Source: Setoptus koraiensis (taxonomy: Eukaryota; Animalia; Arthropoda). From it: a stretch of DNA of 64,000 bases. The number at the start of each line of letters is the position of its first letter. Position 1 is the stretch's first letter. The position numbers and the translations under genes are program-made. Location: assembly GCA_048013815.1 (NCBI GenBank), contig CM106586.1, positions 1,612,001 to 1,676,000 on the forward strand, given 5' to 3'. Positions 63,875 through 64,000 of the stretch are shown one piece after another. The notes below the pieces were generated by a model, which saw only the letters and a list, made by a program, of their open reading frames with translations, searched no databases and was not told where the DNA came from.

Positions 63875-64000
63875 AATGATGAGTCTAATGTTTAGCTCGA
63901 ATCGATGCTCTCATTAGTAATAATATTACATTACAACATTCTCGTGATAATATATGAAGAATTCGTGCTCCACTCGACGCTGACAACAACACTGGACAAC

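Overview
Eukaryotic (arthropod) genomic DNA, not prokaryotic: it has spliceosomal GT-AG introns, CA/GA/CAA microsatellites, and no CRISPR, rRNA or tRNA that I could recognise. Gene set, short introns and intronless housekeeping genes suggest a compact mite-like genome; this is inference only. Genes recovered: 5' end of SNX13 (-, runs off the window); intronless CHP1 with a ~140-aa insertion; a GAS2-like gene whose CH domain is split by a ~275-aa insertion and whose GAR exons lie beyond a 19.7-kb intron; an SLC5 Na+/solute symporter; BCL7; a divergent HP1-like chromo/chromoshadow protein; intronless PEX1; two tandem 12-Cys secreted proteins (one with a 26-nt microexon); and two Sp6-9/buttonhead-family zinc-finger genes. 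The most striking structure is the Sp pair. Their 5' flank and low-complexity N-termini are nearly identical, while their zinc-finger regions are close to saturated at synonymous sites, which points to a mosaic or gene-converted pair. One copy has cleanly lost a whole finger and a DNA-contacting Arg. The other copy abuts an inverted, deletion-riddled pseudogene copy of GAS2 exon 1 taken from about 55 kb away. All gene models were built by eye and need RNA-seq and homology confirmation.
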